A stretch of 64,000 nt of DNA. Origin: a virus. The DNA lies in IMG/VR virus record IMGVR_UViG_3300032050_000010. One strand, 5' to 3'. Made by a program: the position numbers and the translations under genes. Position 1 is the first letter of the stretch. Every line of letters begins with the position of its first letter. The notes under the pieces are model-generated. The model did not search any database, was not told where the DNA came from, and saw only the letters and a list, made by a program, of their open reading frames with translations. Below are positions 28,541-37,864 of the stretch, piece by piece.

Positions 28541-28840
28541 ATGATGAAAAAGTTAACTCCACAAGATGTAAACAAACTGATCAGACGATCTCTGACCAAG
28601 GTTGTGCTTGAAAAGCTAACAGTGAAAGTGGGCAAAGAGGTCGTCGTCTCACCTGAGCTTAAGATCCGTCACGTTGGAAACAACAAAATTGAGGGCTCTA
28701 AGTATCTTTACACAATCACTGGGATTGACAACGTCGACGGTGTTCTCCAGTTGAAGATGAAGTACTACGACGACGACACTCCTGAGCCCCTTGAGACGAT
28801 CGTGGCGCAAGATGAATTTGACCAATACGAGCTGGCATAA
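28541..28840 (+). CDS. hypothetical protein with N-terminal head-targeting-like helix
   Basis: LTPQDVNKLIRRSL..VVLE; ATAGATA upstream. Confidence 0.65.
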   Translation: MMKKLTPQDVNKLIRRSLTKVVLEKLTVKVGKEVVVSPELKIRHVGNNKIEGSKYLYTITGIDNVDGVLQLKMKYYDDDTPEPLETIVAQDEFDQYELA

Positions 28841-29541
28841 TGAGTAAAGACATCACACAAATTGTCCGTCAGACACTTGGCTTAAGCGGTGAGACAGCCA
28901 AGAGCTCAAAGCGGCTCGACGAGGCGCTTGTTGCCGACCCTAAGCCTTTCAATCTTCCCACAGAGTTCCAGAGTGCTGGCACAAAACGTGCTCACTTTGA
29001 GCTGTATGAAAACTACATCAAGGCCTTCAACCGCATCAGCGCAGAACTAGACAGCGCCGATAGGACAGAAGTTAATTCCAACAACAGTCAGTTTCGCTCG
29101 TTGAAGATCGATGAAACGTACAACATGAACGCGATCTTCCTCCACGAGCTCTACTTTGCCAACATCAGTGATCTACACAGCAAGATCACAATGGACTCGC
29201 TCACTTACATGCGGCTCCAGCGTGACTTTGGCACGTTCGACAAGTGGCAGGAGGATTTCCTCGCCTGCTGTCAGGCATCCCGCTGCGGTTGGGCAGTCAC
29301 ATACTACAACCTCTTCACACAGACATACATGAATGCTGTCGTCGATCTACACAGCATTGAGATCCCGGTTGGGTGCTTTCCAGTGATTGTGATGGATGTG
29401 TGGCAGCACGCTTACTACAAGGATTATCTCCGGGATGTGAAGACATACAGCATCGCGATGATGAAGGAGCTCAACTGGCGAGTCATCGAGGATCGCTTCA
29501 AGCAATCTGAGCGCGTCGCACAAGCAATGAGGTCACTATGA
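28840..29541 (+). CDS. Fe/Mn superoxide dismutase-like protein with N-terminal extension
   Basis: HFELY..Y, LHELYF, FGTFDKW, GWA, DVWQHAYY. Confidence 0.85.
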   Translation: MSKDITQIVRQTLGLSGETAKSSKRLDEALVADPKPFNLPTEFQSAGTKRAHFELYENYIKAFNRISAELDSADRTEVNSNNSQFRSLKIDETYNMNAIFLHELYFANISDLHSKITMDSLTYMRLQRDFGTFDKWQEDFLACCQASRCGWAVTYYNLFTQTYMNAVVDLHSIEIPVGCFPVIVMDVWQHAYYKDYLRDVKTYSIAMMKELNWRVIEDRFKQSERVAQAMRSL

Positions 29542-30161
29542 GATCAAGGCAGACAAGCAGGCGCCGCAGGCTCTACGAGGAAAGCGACGTAGAAAGTGTG
29601 TCAGTTGTTGATAAGATGACAGGCAGCACCCGCCTTTCACTCGACTCAGTCGACGACCAGATCGACTCATACATCATTAAGTTCGAGGCAGAAGCTGCCG
29701 AAGCTGCTGAGTCAGAAGAGGAAATGATCTTTGAGGCGCTCAAGCGCAGGTCGCTTTTAGGTTTGCTCTATGAGCAGGACGAGGCTCCCACCGACTTGTT
29801 CACGGGAGATCCTGCTGCTCCCGCTCCAGATGACGAGGCTCCTGAGCCCGAAGACAGCTCAGAGATGAAAGATGATCTGAAGCCTGCGCCTCTCGTTAAG
29901 TCAGCGATAGACATCGACCTCTTCACAAAGAAGCTGGCTCGCTTAGTGATGAATAATAAGCGGCTGCTTGACGTCGAGTCAGTCATCATCAACCGCGCGA
30001 TGCTCTTCCTCAAGAAGAACTACAGCCAAGAGTACGTGGATCGCATGAAGGAAGTGCTGGATACGCAGTTTGACTTCAATATGGACGATCAAGATTTCCT
30101 GTACGCACCTGACGCACCCGGCTCAGAAGGCAAGCCCACAGGCGGTACTGGCGGCGCATGA
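29538..30161 (+). CDS. acidic hypothetical protein
   Basis: 207 aa, ATGA coupling, LYE motifs. Confidence 0.65.
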   Translation: MRSRQTSRRRRLYEESDVESVSVVDKMTGSTRLSLDSVDDQIDSYIIKFEAEAAEAAESEEEMIFEALKRRSLLGLLYEQDEAPTDLFTGDPAAPAPDDEAPEPEDSSEMKDDLKPAPLVKSAIDIDLFTKKLARLVMNNKRLLDVESVIINRAMLFLKKNYSQEYVDRMKEVLDTQFDFNMDDQDFLYAPDAPGSEGKPTGGTGGA

Positions 30162-30460
30162 AGAAGCAGATCGACACGCAGCGTCTGATCAGTTTTGAGA
30201 CAAAGAAGTCGGTTCACATCAACATCCCCAGAGAGACACACGGATTAGTTAGAGCACAGTGCTTCAAGTACAGCCTGACAATGCAGGACGTATTTGAGGA
30301 GCTCGCGCAGATGATTGCTGCTGAAGATCCCGATGCGCTGGAGATGATGTCGAACTTGGCAATGAAAAAGAGAGATGCATCAATAAAACGCCTTTCAGCG
30401 TCAGATGCAGAATCTATATTCAATATTATAGAAGATAACAATCCACTCTCAGACGGATGA
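30158..30460 (+). CDS. hypothetical protein, possibly ribbon-helix-helix
   Basis: KSVHINIPRETH...TMQDVFEE pattern. Confidence 0.55.
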   Translation: MKKQIDTQRLISFETKKSVHINIPRETHGLVRAQCFKYSLTMQDVFEELAQMIAAEDPDALEMMSNLAMKKRDASIKRLSASDAESIFNIIEDNNPLSDG

Positions 30461-30753
30461 TGACATTGTTCAACAAACTAAGATCTCTCTTCATCGTTGA
30501 TGAGGTCAAAGATAAGACAGATGCACTAGAGAACCAGCTGAAAGAAGCATGTGATAGAATTTCCCTGCTTGAGAGGAAGCTAGTTGATCAAGATGCCATC
30601 TTAATCGACCACCACAAGACGATCGCTGCACTTGCGATGATACAGACAAATCTGCTGGCTGAGATGGAACGTGCAGCTAAGAACGCGAGCTTGAAGCGCA
30701 CCAAGATGACTTCTCACACAACGTCATCAAAAGGTGACGATTTCATTAACTAG
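30457..30753 (+). CDS. coiled-coil hypothetical protein
   Basis: heptad pattern; ATGA coupling. Confidence 0.6.
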   Translation: MMTLFNKLRSLFIVDEVKDKTDALENQLKEACDRISLLERKLVDQDAILIDHHKTIAALAMIQTNLLAEMERAAKNASLKRTKMTSHTTSSKGDDFIN

Positions 30754-30794
30754 CTTTACGATCTGCGCGATATATTTATCTGCAGAGGTTTTAG

Positions 30795-33050
30795 ATGCAG
30801 ATTGTCGTCAAGAAGAAAGTTCTTGAGGAGATGATTGACCAAGTTGTTCGCGAGGTCAGCTCTTTTCACAGCGTAAGAATAGATGAGATCCCAGCCAAGC
30901 TCGATGACGAGGACGTCGTCAAGCCCACTGAGGAGATGGCCACACAGCTCTCGACGCAGAAGCCTAACGTTGACGATGACGCCTATAAGCCTGTCAATAC
31001 GTCAGAGCTTACAAAGGCTGCGTCAGCTGTCGCAGAGAAGGTGCCTCAGGACAAGGTGCAGAAGTTCTACAAGCAGCTTAAGGATCTTGCACAGCAGACG
31101 GTCGACGGCAAAGAAGACGACAGCATGCTGAGTGAGAGAAAGATGTCCAGCATCCTCGCATTCCTGCTCGATCGTCCTGTGTCGCTCCGTGAAGCTCGTA
31201 AAGGAGACATCGACCCACGGTCACCAGAGGGTATTGCTATCGATACGCAGATTAAAGCTTCTGATGCTAGCGTCGATAGATTTACAGGAAATATTGAGAG
31301 ACAAGATAGACGGCAATCCGGATCAGTCAGCCTAAGTCGCGTTCCTTCACTAACGATGAGTGTTGTCTACTCACTGCTTGCTGCGATTGCCAAGAAATCT
31401 GGCGAGCAGTTTAAGCGCCCACAAGATCTTGCAGACATCAAGGCAGAGCTTCTTCAACCTGGTGCAATAACACTGTCTGATGACAAACGGAAGATGAAGC
31501 TGCGCGCTCGTGGAACCACAGCAGAAGTGGGCGGCTTTGGAACGGCCCTGCACAATGTCTCAAAAGAGCAGATGATTGCTGCAGCAGAGAAGGCAATAAA
31601 CGACCACTTCGACGAGCTTGTTGAGTTCATCACAACAGGTCACCTGATGGGTGACCCATCCAGCGGCATCAAGCGCGAACGTGAAGGATCACTTAGAACT
31701 GAAGCGGGCGACCTTGCTAAAGAGATTTTAATCCAACTTGGTGAGCAGCTCCCAATCAGTGCAAGTGTACCAGATGACACACTTAGAAGTTTTGGTACTG
31801 AATTGGGCGAATTTATTAAGAATACACTCAGCCCTGAAAATAATCAGTTTTCCTACACGTTTGCTGATCTTGTTATCAAGTTGAAAAAGGGCAAGAAGGG
31901 TCAAGAGGCTGCCGAAGAAGAGGAAGAAGATGCTGATGAAGTAAGCACAGTCAAGCAGGTCATCATTGACTTGTCTAAAGTTGCCGATGACATACAGCAA
32001 CTTCCTGCAGAAGCTGGTGCCTATTCACGCGGTGACATGACAGCAATAGGACAGATGCAGATCGGTCGTGTCAACACAGCTGAATTCTTCAAGAATAAAC
32101 TTGCTCAATCCATCATGACAAACATTGAAGATCTGTTGGAAAAATTTGTCAAGGTCAAGCATGACAAGTTCGCAGCAGGCATAGAAGGCCGCAACTTAGC
32201 ATCTGACATACTTCGACGCATGGGTGGATCAAGAGCAGACATACCTGCTGAGAAAGTTAATTTGCTCATGAGAGACATCAGTCAGTCGGGTGAGGAGGAG
32301 GGACAGACACCTGAGGAGATCGAGCGCCGGCAGTTTGATGCACTCTTTGCGTCAGACGTCCTTAGCAGAGAGCGCTTTGACATGAGGGTAGGCCTCTATC
32401 AGGCTTTTATTGAAGAATTCATGGGGCCTGTAATCTTCCTTGCTTCTAAGTCATTTGAGGATAGCACCAGAGTAAGTAGGGAATTCCAGAATGCCGCATT
32501 GAAGCCACTCAACCAGATTGCAGACAAAGATCCCGTCTTCAGCATGTACACAGACGTCTTGAAGATGTTCGGAAGTAGCAGAAAGATGCAGGTGTCAAAG
32601 TTCTTTAGAACCTATGAAAAGATCCTGCAAGATCCTGGATTTAAGGCGTTCGTTGAAAATCAGACAGGTGCAACAGGAGTGTCAGATCTTAGTCGTGCAT
32701 CAACAGCCTTCTTTGATAAAGACATCACACTCGTCTTCATCGTCAATATGGCAGCTGCATATGCTAAGACAAAGCTTCGTGAACCTACCATGGTGCACGC
32801 ACTTGTTGGAAAGACACAAGATGATGAATTTAATATTGTCAAATCTTTCAAAAATTACCTGGAGAAAGACGTCATCAATGGCATCAAGGACGGCGACCCA
32901 GAGCCTCTCAAGTTACTCAAGAAAGTCGAGGACATGATCGAGGACAGCGGGATGGGTTTCGTCAAGAAGCAGCCTGAGAATAAGAAAAAGGGTGAACCCG
33001 TGAGTGAAGCTGCCATCCTGCGCAGTATAATCAGGCGTGCAATCCGCTGA
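30795..33050 (+). CDS. large putative internal virion protein
   Basis: 751 aa; ATATTTA promoter; terminal amphipathic motifs; AT-richer core. Confidence 0.65.
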   Translation: MQIVVKKKVLEEMIDQVVREVSSFHSVRIDEIPAKLDDEDVVKPTEEMATQLSTQKPNVDDDAYKPVNTSELTKAASAVAEKVPQDKVQKFYKQLKDLAQQTVDGKEDDSMLSERKMSSILAFLLDRPVSLREARKGDIDPRSPEGIAIDTQIKASDASVDRFTGNIERQDRRQSGSVSLSRVPSLTMSVVYSLLAAIAKKSGEQFKRPQDLADIKAELLQPGAITLSDDKRKMKLRARGTTAEVGGFGTALHNVSKEQMIAAAEKAINDHFDELVEFITTGHLMGDPSSGIKREREGSLRTEAGDLAKEILIQLGEQLPISASVPDDTLRSFGTELGEFIKNTLSPENNQFSYTFADLVIKLKKGKKGQEAAEEEEEDADEVSTVKQVIIDLSKVADDIQQLPAEAGAYSRGDMTAIGQMQIGRVNTAEFFKNKLAQSIMTNIEDLLEKFVKVKHDKFAAGIEGRNLASDILRRMGGSRADIPAEKVNLLMRDISQSGEEEGQTPEEIERRQFDALFASDVLSRERFDMRVGLYQAFIEEFMGPVIFLASKSFEDSTRVSREFQNAALKPLNQIADKDPVFSMYTDVLKMFGSSRKMQVSKFFRTYEKILQDPGFKAFVENQTGATGVSDLSRASTAFFDKDITLVFIVNMAAAYAKTKLREPTMVHALVGKTQDDEFNIVKSFKNYLEKDVINGIKDGDPEPLKLLKKVEDMIEDSGMGFVKKQPENKKKGEPVSEAAILRSIIRRAIR

Positions 33051-33062
33051 TTAGGAGGCGCT

Positions 33063-33398
33063 GTGAGCTTTGGATTTAAACTTCCCTTCCGCGAGGAGGG
33101 GCTTCCCGTCAAGGTCGACCAGAGCACATGGGCGCACTTCGACGATGGCAGAAAGCTGAGGAAGACATACGAGTTTGTCAAGTTCAGAGCTTTCCACTCC
33201 TTCGTCTCAGAGCTGCTCGTCAAAGCCCGACAGATGCACCACGAGCCGCACATCGAGCTCGAGGGGCTGAAGGTCACGATCACGCTGCAGACCCGTGTGA
33301 TCGACGATGTGTCAGAGCAAGATCTCGTCCTGTCACGGTTCTGTGACGACCTCTACAACGACGTCCGTTACTACTACGGCACTGATAAGGTCGCCTGA
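33063..33398 (+). CDS. pterin-4a-carbinolamine dehydratase-like protein
   Basis: LRKTYEF..F, HHEP, V.I.L.T, S..D..L. Confidence 0.75.
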   Translation: MSFGFKLPFREEGLPVKVDQSTWAHFDDGRKLRKTYEFVKFRAFHSFVSELLVKARQMHHEPHIELEGLKVTITLQTRVIDDVSEQDLVLSRFCDDLYNDVRYYYGTDKVA

Positions 33399-33763
33399 TG
33401 CTACTAATGAGTGACGATCTGACAGATCGAATAATTTTGGCACACGACGAAGATGATGACGGCCAAGTCGACACCATCACGTCTGTTGACGTCACATTCC
33501 ACCTCGACGGTTCACAAATCACCATTCCGCTCAAGAAGATGAGTTTCTCGACCGATGAGATCACATTGTCCTTCACAGCAGTACCTGCTCTACCCGTCAT
33601 GATGCACCAGCATGTGGGCGCCGTGAAGTGCGTTGTCACAGCAGGCCACCACATGCTAGATTTTGACCTGAAAAACTGTGCAGTCACGTGGGATAATACG
33701 GAAGGAAAGCAACTTTGCACGATAGTTAATAGATTAGAGCAGCATGCTAGGAGATCTGAATGA
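33398..33763 (+). CDS. hypothetical protein
   Basis: 121 aa ORF, TGATG coupling. Confidence 0.55.
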   Translation: MLLMSDDLTDRIILAHDEDDDGQVDTITSVDVTFHLDGSQITIPLKKMSFSTDEITLSFTAVPALPVMMHQHVGAVKCVVTAGHHMLDFDLKNCAVTWDNTEGKQLCTIVNRLEQHARRSE

Positions 33764-33933
33764 GCCAAGAGTTCGACTTCAGTAAGTTTATGGAAGACAT
33801 CGTTGAGCGCGAGGAGCACCAAGCCGAGCGCGTCGTTGAGTGGCAGCGCGACCAGGATCAACATCCTGCCCGCATCTACAACAAGCTCTACCGAGAGCTT
33901 CCCCAGAACCGCACAAAGTGGAGCGGACGATGA
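33760..33933 (+). CDS. small hypothetical protein (57 aa, not in ORF track)
   Basis: AGGAG RBS, MSQEFDFSKFMEDIVER...; ATGA overlaps at both ends. Confidence 0.7.
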   Translation: MSQEFDFSKFMEDIVEREEHQAERVVEWQRDQDQHPARIYNKLYRELPQNRTKWSGR

Positions 33934-34658
33934 GCACGATCAAGATCAAGAACGCCAGCCAGTTGGCGCAGTTTCTGAAGGTGCTCGCTGAGGAGAGCGT
34001 CACCACGGCGCAGGTCGACATCGACGACGAGCGTCGCCGGCAGAAGAGCGCTGCAAGCGCCGCCAAGCGCGATCTGGGACGCTTCATGCAGGAAGAGGAC
34101 GCGCCCGGAGCAGCACCCGCTGCGGCACCCGCCCCTGAGCCGCCCGCCGACCTGGCCGCTGATCCTACTATGACAGCTCCACCCAAGGAAAAGGCAGCCG
34201 CTGCTCCTGCGCCTACACCAGGCGAGCAAGATCCTCTTGAGCCCTCCTTTGACGCGATGACACGAGCGATCCTCGACCTGCGCAGCGGCAAGTCAGTGCG
34301 GGACAGTGCGATCGAGACGGAGCTTGAGGCCTACTACGACCGGCTCCAGGACGCTGAGCGATATGCTATGATCATCTTCCTACGTGCCCTGTCGGGCATC
34401 GTCACAGGCAAGATGACGGGCGCCCAGGCAGCTGAGCCCGGTGATGAGCCCCACAGCATCACCATCAGCCGTGCAGGTGAGGAAGAGGCCGCGCCCGAGG
34501 CACCTCCTGCTGGAGAGCCTGCAGCAGGAGCAGCTCCGCCAGCTGCTCCCCCTGCTCCTGAGGAGCCACCAGCGCCAGCCGGCCCAATCCAGGTGGGCAG
34601 CCCGGTCACCGAGGCATTCCGCGAGCGGATCAGGCAGCTGATCAGAGCCAACAAGTAA
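33930..34658 (+). CDS. Pro/Ala-rich putative head protein
   Basis: start MSTIKIK by ATGA coupling; PA linkers; C-terminal VTEAFRERIRQLIR. Confidence 0.7.
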   Translation: MSTIKIKNASQLAQFLKVLAEESVTTAQVDIDDERRRQKSAASAAKRDLGRFMQEEDAPGAAPAAAPAPEPPADLAADPTMTAPPKEKAAAAPAPTPGEQDPLEPSFDAMTRAILDLRSGKSVRDSAIETELEAYYDRLQDAERYAMIIFLRALSGIVTGKMTGAQAAEPGDEPHSITISRAGEEEAAPEAPPAGEPAAGAAPPAAPPAPEEPPAPAGPIQVGSPVTEAFRERIRQLIRANK

Positions 34659-34662
34659 GCTC

Positions 34663-34878
34663 ATGCCCCGGCGCCCCGAGCACTACGGTTCGATCCAGTA
34701 CCTCGAGGAGATGGACAAGATCCTCAGGACGCTGGACGAGCTGCGCCACTGCATGGGACGGGATGAGCGTAAAGAGAGGTATACAGTGTCGAGAGCGATG
34801 GACAGCATCAGACACCTGCGTGGGAAGGCGAAGCGACACGGCGTGCGGTTAGGCTTGATCGCCGAGGAGGATGTGTGA
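34663..34878 (+). CDS. hypothetical protein
   Basis: 71 aa ORF in operon. Confidence 0.55.
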   Translation: MPRRPEHYGSIQYLEEMDKILRTLDELRHCMGRDERKERYTVSRAMDSIRHLRGKAKRHGVRLGLIAEEDV

Positions 34879-35645
34879 TGTTACGCAACCATGATCTAAT
34901 AAGACAACTGATCCGTGAAGTTCTCGCTGAAGAGCGCGGACCCGTCTCACAGACTGTTGTAATCGGCCCAGTCGGTAGTACGTTTCGTCCTGTTGCTGCT
35001 CCTGGGCTCGGCAAGATCATCATCGCGTCAGCATTTGCGAAGGCGTATGGGTGGCTTGGTGACTACACAGGTGAAGGCTGCATTATGGCCAATCCAAACT
35101 ACCCATGCACAAGGTCACAGCCCCTCTTTGAAGCATACAGCGGTGCAGCGGCATCTACTGGAACCACGGGCACTACACCCGCACCTGCGGGAGATTTTCA
35201 ATCAAATACATACACAACTGCTTTAGGCGGCGACAAAGTTGATCTGATCGCGTCTTATACCGCAGCGTCAGTTGCGGCGCAGCAGTGGGTCCTTGATAAT
35301 AAACAGGAATTTAGCCAACTCACCTTTGACGCTGCCCGACAGGAAGTTGTTGATAGCGTCAGTACGATGCTGAGCAAGACGTGCCTCGTCAGCACAAGTC
35401 TTGACAATAAAAAGATAGACGATATGATACTCAATAAGCTGAACAAGCGCGCCGACTTCAAAGCATTTCTCTTAAAGTTTGTCGACTCTGCACACTCTGA
35501 CTTCATTTCAATCACAAACGGTCATAGTTCTAAGTTCAAGATGGACACAAAATTCAGCGGCTCACTACCAGCTCAAATTCAAACTATCCAAAAAGAAGAG
35601 ACAGCAGAGTACAATAGCGCAAAAGCAGAGATCAAAAAACTTTAA
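34875..35645 (+). CDS. putative internal head protein
   Basis: LIRQLIREVLAEE N-terminus; GAGGAGG RBS. Confidence 0.65.
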   Translation: MMLRNHDLIRQLIREVLAEERGPVSQTVVIGPVGSTFRPVAAPGLGKIIIASAFAKAYGWLGDYTGEGCIMANPNYPCTRSQPLFEAYSGAAASTGTTGTTPAPAGDFQSNTYTTALGGDKVDLIASYTAASVAAQQWVLDNKQEFSQLTFDAARQEVVDSVSTMLSKTCLVSTSLDNKKIDDMILNKLNKRADFKAFLLKFVDSAHSDFISITNGHSSKFKMDTKFSGSLPAQIQTIQKEETAEYNSAKAEIKKL

Positions 35646-35678
35646 TTAACAATAGGTGTGTCTTACTATATTAGAGAT

Positions 35679-36047
35679 ATGAGCAACACTAATCAGCGCA
35701 ATTGGCTACCAGAGATCGTCTACGAGGAGATGGAGGGCGGTGGCTCCTCCAAGATCCCATTCATCCACGTCCCTGACGACGTCGATGACCCACCCCTTCT
35801 CTTCATCTTCCTGACACGTAAGACAGGAGAAGTTGAGCCCGGTCCCGAGGGTGAGGAAGTTCCCGTCGTCGACATGACACTTCACCAGTTCGTCGACATG
35901 CAGCGTCTCCAGGAGAAGCTGACACCTGACGTCTTTGATCAGGTTCGCGCCGCTGTGGGCCTCGAGCCACGGGCTGACGCCGCGAGGAAGGGTAAGGGCA
36001 TCACGTCAAATATCAGAGCACGTGTGGAAAGTTCCCAAGCTGAGTGA
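35679..36047 (+). CDS. hypothetical protein
   Basis: ATG at 35679 (MSNTNQRNWLPE). Confidence 0.65.
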   Translation: MSNTNQRNWLPEIVYEEMEGGGSSKIPFIHVPDDVDDPPLLFIFLTRKTGEVEPGPEGEEVPVVDMTLHQFVDMQRLQEKLTPDVFDQVRAAVGLEPRADAARKGKGITSNIRARVESSQAE

Positions 36048-36066
36048 TAGATAATCTCAGAGGATA

Positions 36067-36426
36067 ATGACCATGTTCGATATCAACCGCATCTGCCAGC
36101 TCGCCGGTCTTGAGGCACCTGCTGGTTCCAACGTCATCCGCGAGGGACGCGCCCCCGCCGCACGTAAGCCACTTCGTGAGTCAGCTGACAAGCAGCTCGA
36201 CGTCGTCTACGAGATCGACGACCGTGAGCTCATGGCCGAGGCGAAGCGCGCCGAGAAGAACCTCGTCGAGCACGACTTCCGCATGGCAGTCCGTGAGGAG
36301 ATCGGCCAGATCCTGAACGGCCTCGAGCACGGCAGCCGCTGGATCTACGGCACGAAGGAGAACCAGCCCCGCAACAGCCGCATGGGCCAGATCGCCCGTG
36401 GTGGCCTCGGCATCGGCTTCAAGTAA
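36067..36426 (+). CDS. putative head-associated protein
   Basis: INRICQLAGL, LRES, FRMAVREEI; ATAGATA promoter; strong codon bias. Confidence 0.7.
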   Translation: MTMFDINRICQLAGLEAPAGSNVIREGRAPAARKPLRESADKQLDVVYEIDDRELMAEAKRAEKNLVEHDFRMAVREEIGQILNGLEHGSRWIYGTKENQPRNSRMGQIARGGLGIGFK

Positions 36427-36473
36427 GATCATTCTTATTTGAACAAACTTGACCGACTTCGTATTATGCGTTT

Positions 36474-36788
36474 ATGCAGAACTACGAAGTCGGTCAAATT
36501 GTCTATCTACTCGTCAAGGGCGAGATGAAGGTCATTCCCACTCGGGTGGTCGAGGCGATCACCCGGAAGACACTTGAGGGAGTGGCAACTACCTACATGG
36601 TCCAGCTGCCGGACAAGGACAGGTCGGTCATGGATCTAACAGAGCTTGACGCTGAGCCCTACAACGACCTGAACAGGGTGCGTGAGGTAATGTTGGAGCG
36701 AGTCACTGCGTCCATTGAGGGAACAATCAAGCGCTCAGAAGCCCTGGCTCGTGCTCTGATGGGCAACACGCAGAGCGACGCCGCCTGA
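36474..36788 (+). CDS. small SH3/KOW-like protein
   Basis: YEVGQIVY; TTGAAC-17-TATTAT promoter, leaderless. Confidence 0.65.
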   Translation: MQNYEVGQIVYLLVKGEMKVIPTRVVEAITRKTLEGVATTYMVQLPDKDRSVMDLTELDAEPYNDLNRVREVMLERVTASIEGTIKRSEALARALMGNTQSDAA

Positions 36789-36819
36789 CCCGTGCGCGCT
36801 CACACAGCTGTGGTATGAT
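36788..36819 (+). promoter_or_regulatory. CCCGTGC-class promoter
   Basis: ACCCGTGCGC...TGGTATGAT; same architecture at 40744, 54508, 58144, 60894. Confidence 0.6.
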
Positions 36820-36835
36820 GGCTGCAGGAGATACG

Positions 36836-37651
36836 ATGCGACACCTTCTTCTCGACGGCTACAACCTCATGCACCGTGCACGCTTCGGCATGCGTAACGG
36901 TGACCACTACGTCATCTTCAACTTCTTCCGGTCGCTTCGCCCACTGGTCGAGCAGTTTGCACCCTGCAAGGTGACGCTCTTCCTGGAGGGTGTCCCACAG
37001 CACCGGATCAACTTGGACGGCGAGTACAAGGCAAACCGGGTCGCCGAGCCAGGCACGAAGCAGCACGCTGAGTTGGCCGAGTTCCGTAAGCAGAAGCGGG
37101 TGATCCTGGAGCTCCTCCAGCACCTGCCTGTGGATCTTGTCAAGCACGACCACCTCGAGTGCGACGACGCGATCGGCAGTTGGGTGCAGGCCCACCGTGA
37201 CACGGATGAGTGCGTCGTTGTCTCAACTGACACTGACTTCATCCAGCTGCTAGTGCACCCAAACGTCAAGCTCTACAACCCAGTGCGTAAGGCCTTCATC
37301 GATCCGGCTCCCCACGACTACGTCCTCTGGAAGGCACTGCGCGGTGACAAGACGGACAATATTCCTGGCCTTCCAGGCATCACGGACGGCAAGGCGACCA
37401 AGATCTGCGCCGACGAGCGCCTCCTAAAAAATCTACGGGATGACCCAGAGATGGCGCCGTTGCTCGAGCGCAACCTCACCTTGGTTGCCTTCAAGTACAC
37501 ACCCCTCGATGATCCTGGTTACAACAGGGTGGTACCGACGGTGGATTACGATGCACTCAAGCAGGCTTTCACCGATCTTGGCTTCTATTCCATCGTCAAC
37601 ACGACTTCGTGGCCCAAGTACTGCAAGACGTTCGACTCCGTATACAAATAG
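36836..37651 (+). CDS. second 5'-3' exonuclease (RNase H/FEN-like)
   Basis: LLLDGYNL, YKANR, ECDDAI, STDTDFIQL, GDKTDNIPG; GGAG RBS. Confidence 0.9.
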   Translation: MRHLLLDGYNLMHRARFGMRNGDHYVIFNFFRSLRPLVEQFAPCKVTLFLEGVPQHRINLDGEYKANRVAEPGTKQHAELAEFRKQKRVILELLQHLPVDLVKHDHLECDDAIGSWVQAHRDTDECVVVSTDTDFIQLLVHPNVKLYNPVRKAFIDPAPHDYVLWKALRGDKTDNIPGLPGITDGKATKICADERLLKNLRDDPEMAPLLERNLTLVAFKYTPLDDPGYNRVVPTVDYDALKQAFTDLGFYSIVNTTSWPKYCKTFDSVYK

Positions 37652-37674
37652 CATACGGTGATTACTTTTAGGGT

Positions 37675-37863
37675 ATGAATCCACTACCCGACGATAAGCA
37701 GAAGTTACTGAGAGAGAACGGCCTAATGAGGGAAAACGAGGTTGCGTATGCAGCCGGTGACCTCTTAGTCGTTGAGAATGTCATCACCCGCGAGCGCCGG
37801 ACACTGCAAGTTGCAACCGTCCAGCCCCTCTTCGAGAGCTCCAAGCGTCTGTTGAGAGGTTGA
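37675..37863 (+). CDS. hypothetical protein
   Basis: 62 aa; ends LFESSKRLLRG. Confidence 0.6.
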   Translation: MNPLPDDKQKLLRENGLMRENEVAYAAGDLLVVENVITRERRTLQVATVQPLFESSKRLLRG

Positions 37864-37864
37864 G

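Noticed and set aside
34100-34590. GC-rich repetitive tract
   Set aside because: Explained by Pro/Ala linker coding; no exact tandem unit.
34600-34658. VTEAFRERIRQL resembling sigma 4.2 VTRERIRQ
   Set aside because: No preceding HTH helix; better explained by the head-tag motif.
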